Under the pieces are notes generated by a model. It had not been told where the DNA came from and did not search any database. It saw nothing but the letters and a program-made list of their open reading frames with translations. This document shows, piece after piece, positions 62,770-64,000 of a stretch of DNA of 64,000 nucleotides; position 1 is the stretch's first letter, and each line of letters starts with the position of its first letter. Made by a program: the position numbers and the translations under genes. The stretch lies in contig NC_086098.1 of assembly GCF_963921235.1 (NCBI RefSeq), positions 4,278,001-4,342,000 of the forward strand. Direction: 5' to 3'. Source of the stretch: Mobula hypostoma. Lineage: Eukaryota.

Positions 62770-63282
62770 GGTTGTTTGTGTGTAGCTTTTCATTGATTCT
62801 ATCGTACTTCTTTGTATTTACTGTGAACTCGCACAAGAAAATGAAACTCAGGGTAGTGTATGGTGACATATACACTGTGTACTTAGACAATACAGTAACT
62901 TTACATTAGAACGTTTTTTGAAGATGCTGGATTAGAAGGAAAACCTTGATTGCTTGTCTCACAACTAAATCCTTGGACTGAACCCAGGCGATGTGGAGGA
63001 AAGTTATTTTGTACACAGATGCATTAAAACTATTTTCTATGAGTTTAAAACAAATCATCGATCAGAGGATTGGAAATAAAACGCAAAACAAATACATAGA
63101 CTAAATTTTCAATATCATCCCAGCTGGGCAATGCATTTTGTTGACAACATTTCAATCTTGTGATCTGGCAGGTCCTGGAATGTAAAAACTGAATTGAGCA
63201 GTAGTATAGCGGATTGTGCAACACGATTACAGATTGGGCTGTTCCGGAGTTCAGTGTTCAATTCCGATGCTGTTGACAAGGA

Positions 63283-64000
63283 ACAGATTACTCAAAGGTA
63301 GTAATCTCGGGATTACTGCCTGTGCCATATGACAGTGAGTATAGGAATAGAGTGAGGTAGAGGAGAAATGCGTGGCTGAGGGATTGGAGCAGGGGGCAGG
63401 GATTCAGATTTCATGATCATTGGGGCCTCTTTTGGGATGGGCGTGACCTGTACAAAATGGACGGGTTGCACTTGAATCCCAGGGGAACCAATATCCGAGC
63501 AGAGAGGTCAGCTAAGGCTGTTGCGGAGAGTTTAAACTAGAATTGCTGGAGGGTGGGAAACGAACTGAAAACATGGAGGAAGGGGCGGTTGGCTCACAAA
63601 TAGAGAAAGCTTAGAGACAGTGCGAGAGGGAGGATAGGCAGAAGGGATACAGAAGGGATATGCTGAGACCGATGGTTTGAGATGTGTCTATTTTAGTGCA
63701 GGAAGCATCATGAACACAGCTTGCAGCGTGGATCAGTACTTGAAGCTACGATGTTGTGGTCATTACAGAGACTTGGATGGCTCAGGGACAGGAATAGTTA
63801 GTGTGACAGGATTTAGATGTTTCAGAAAGGACAGGGAGGGAGGCAAAAGAGGTGGGGTGTGGCACTGTTGATCAGAGATAGTGTCACAGCTGCAGAAAAG
63901 GAGGAAGTCATGGAGGAATTGTCTACGGAGTCTCTGTGGGAGGAAGTTAGAAACAGGAAAGGGTCAATAACTCTACTGGGTGTTTTTTTTTATATAGACC
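63283..64000 (+). mobile_element. CR1 fragment (ORF1 esterase end, ORF2 start), runs off the window
   Basis: DLYKMDGLHLN; FRCFRKDREGGKRGG. Confidence 0.85.

Overview
Eukaryotic, almost certainly vertebrate, intronic DNA. The repeat landscape (CR1 LINEs with an esterase ORF1, Rex1/Babar, Penelope, V-SINE-like SINEs, Tc1/mariner) suggests a cartilaginous fish, probably a ray; that assignment is inference. The only host coding sequence I can support is two minus-strand exons of the BTB-kelch gene KLHL32: 61154-61334 (181 nt) and 26045-26152 (108 nt, missed by the ORF track). They are joined by a 35,001-nt GT-AG intron. Nearly everything else is a nested pile of mostly decayed transposons (CR1, L1/Tx1, Rex/Babar, RTE, Penelope-like, Gypsy, solo LTRs, Tc1, mariner-derived MITEs, SINEs) plus two large simple repeats. 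Most notable: (1) a Penelope family carrying minimal hammerhead-ribozyme motifs, including tiny hairpin insertions with TSDs and a shared inversion point about 32-40 nt from the 3' end; (2) a 25-bp minisatellite apparently born from the CR1 RT segment after the ADD motif, beside a solo LTR inserted in that motif; (3) an exact 219-bp locally templated insertion; (4) palindromic multi-TIR mariner MITEs; (5) several inverted repeat pairs bracketing an in-frame KLHL32 exon. I found no evidence for a new protein-coding system. Repeat boundaries are approximate unless TSDs are quoted.
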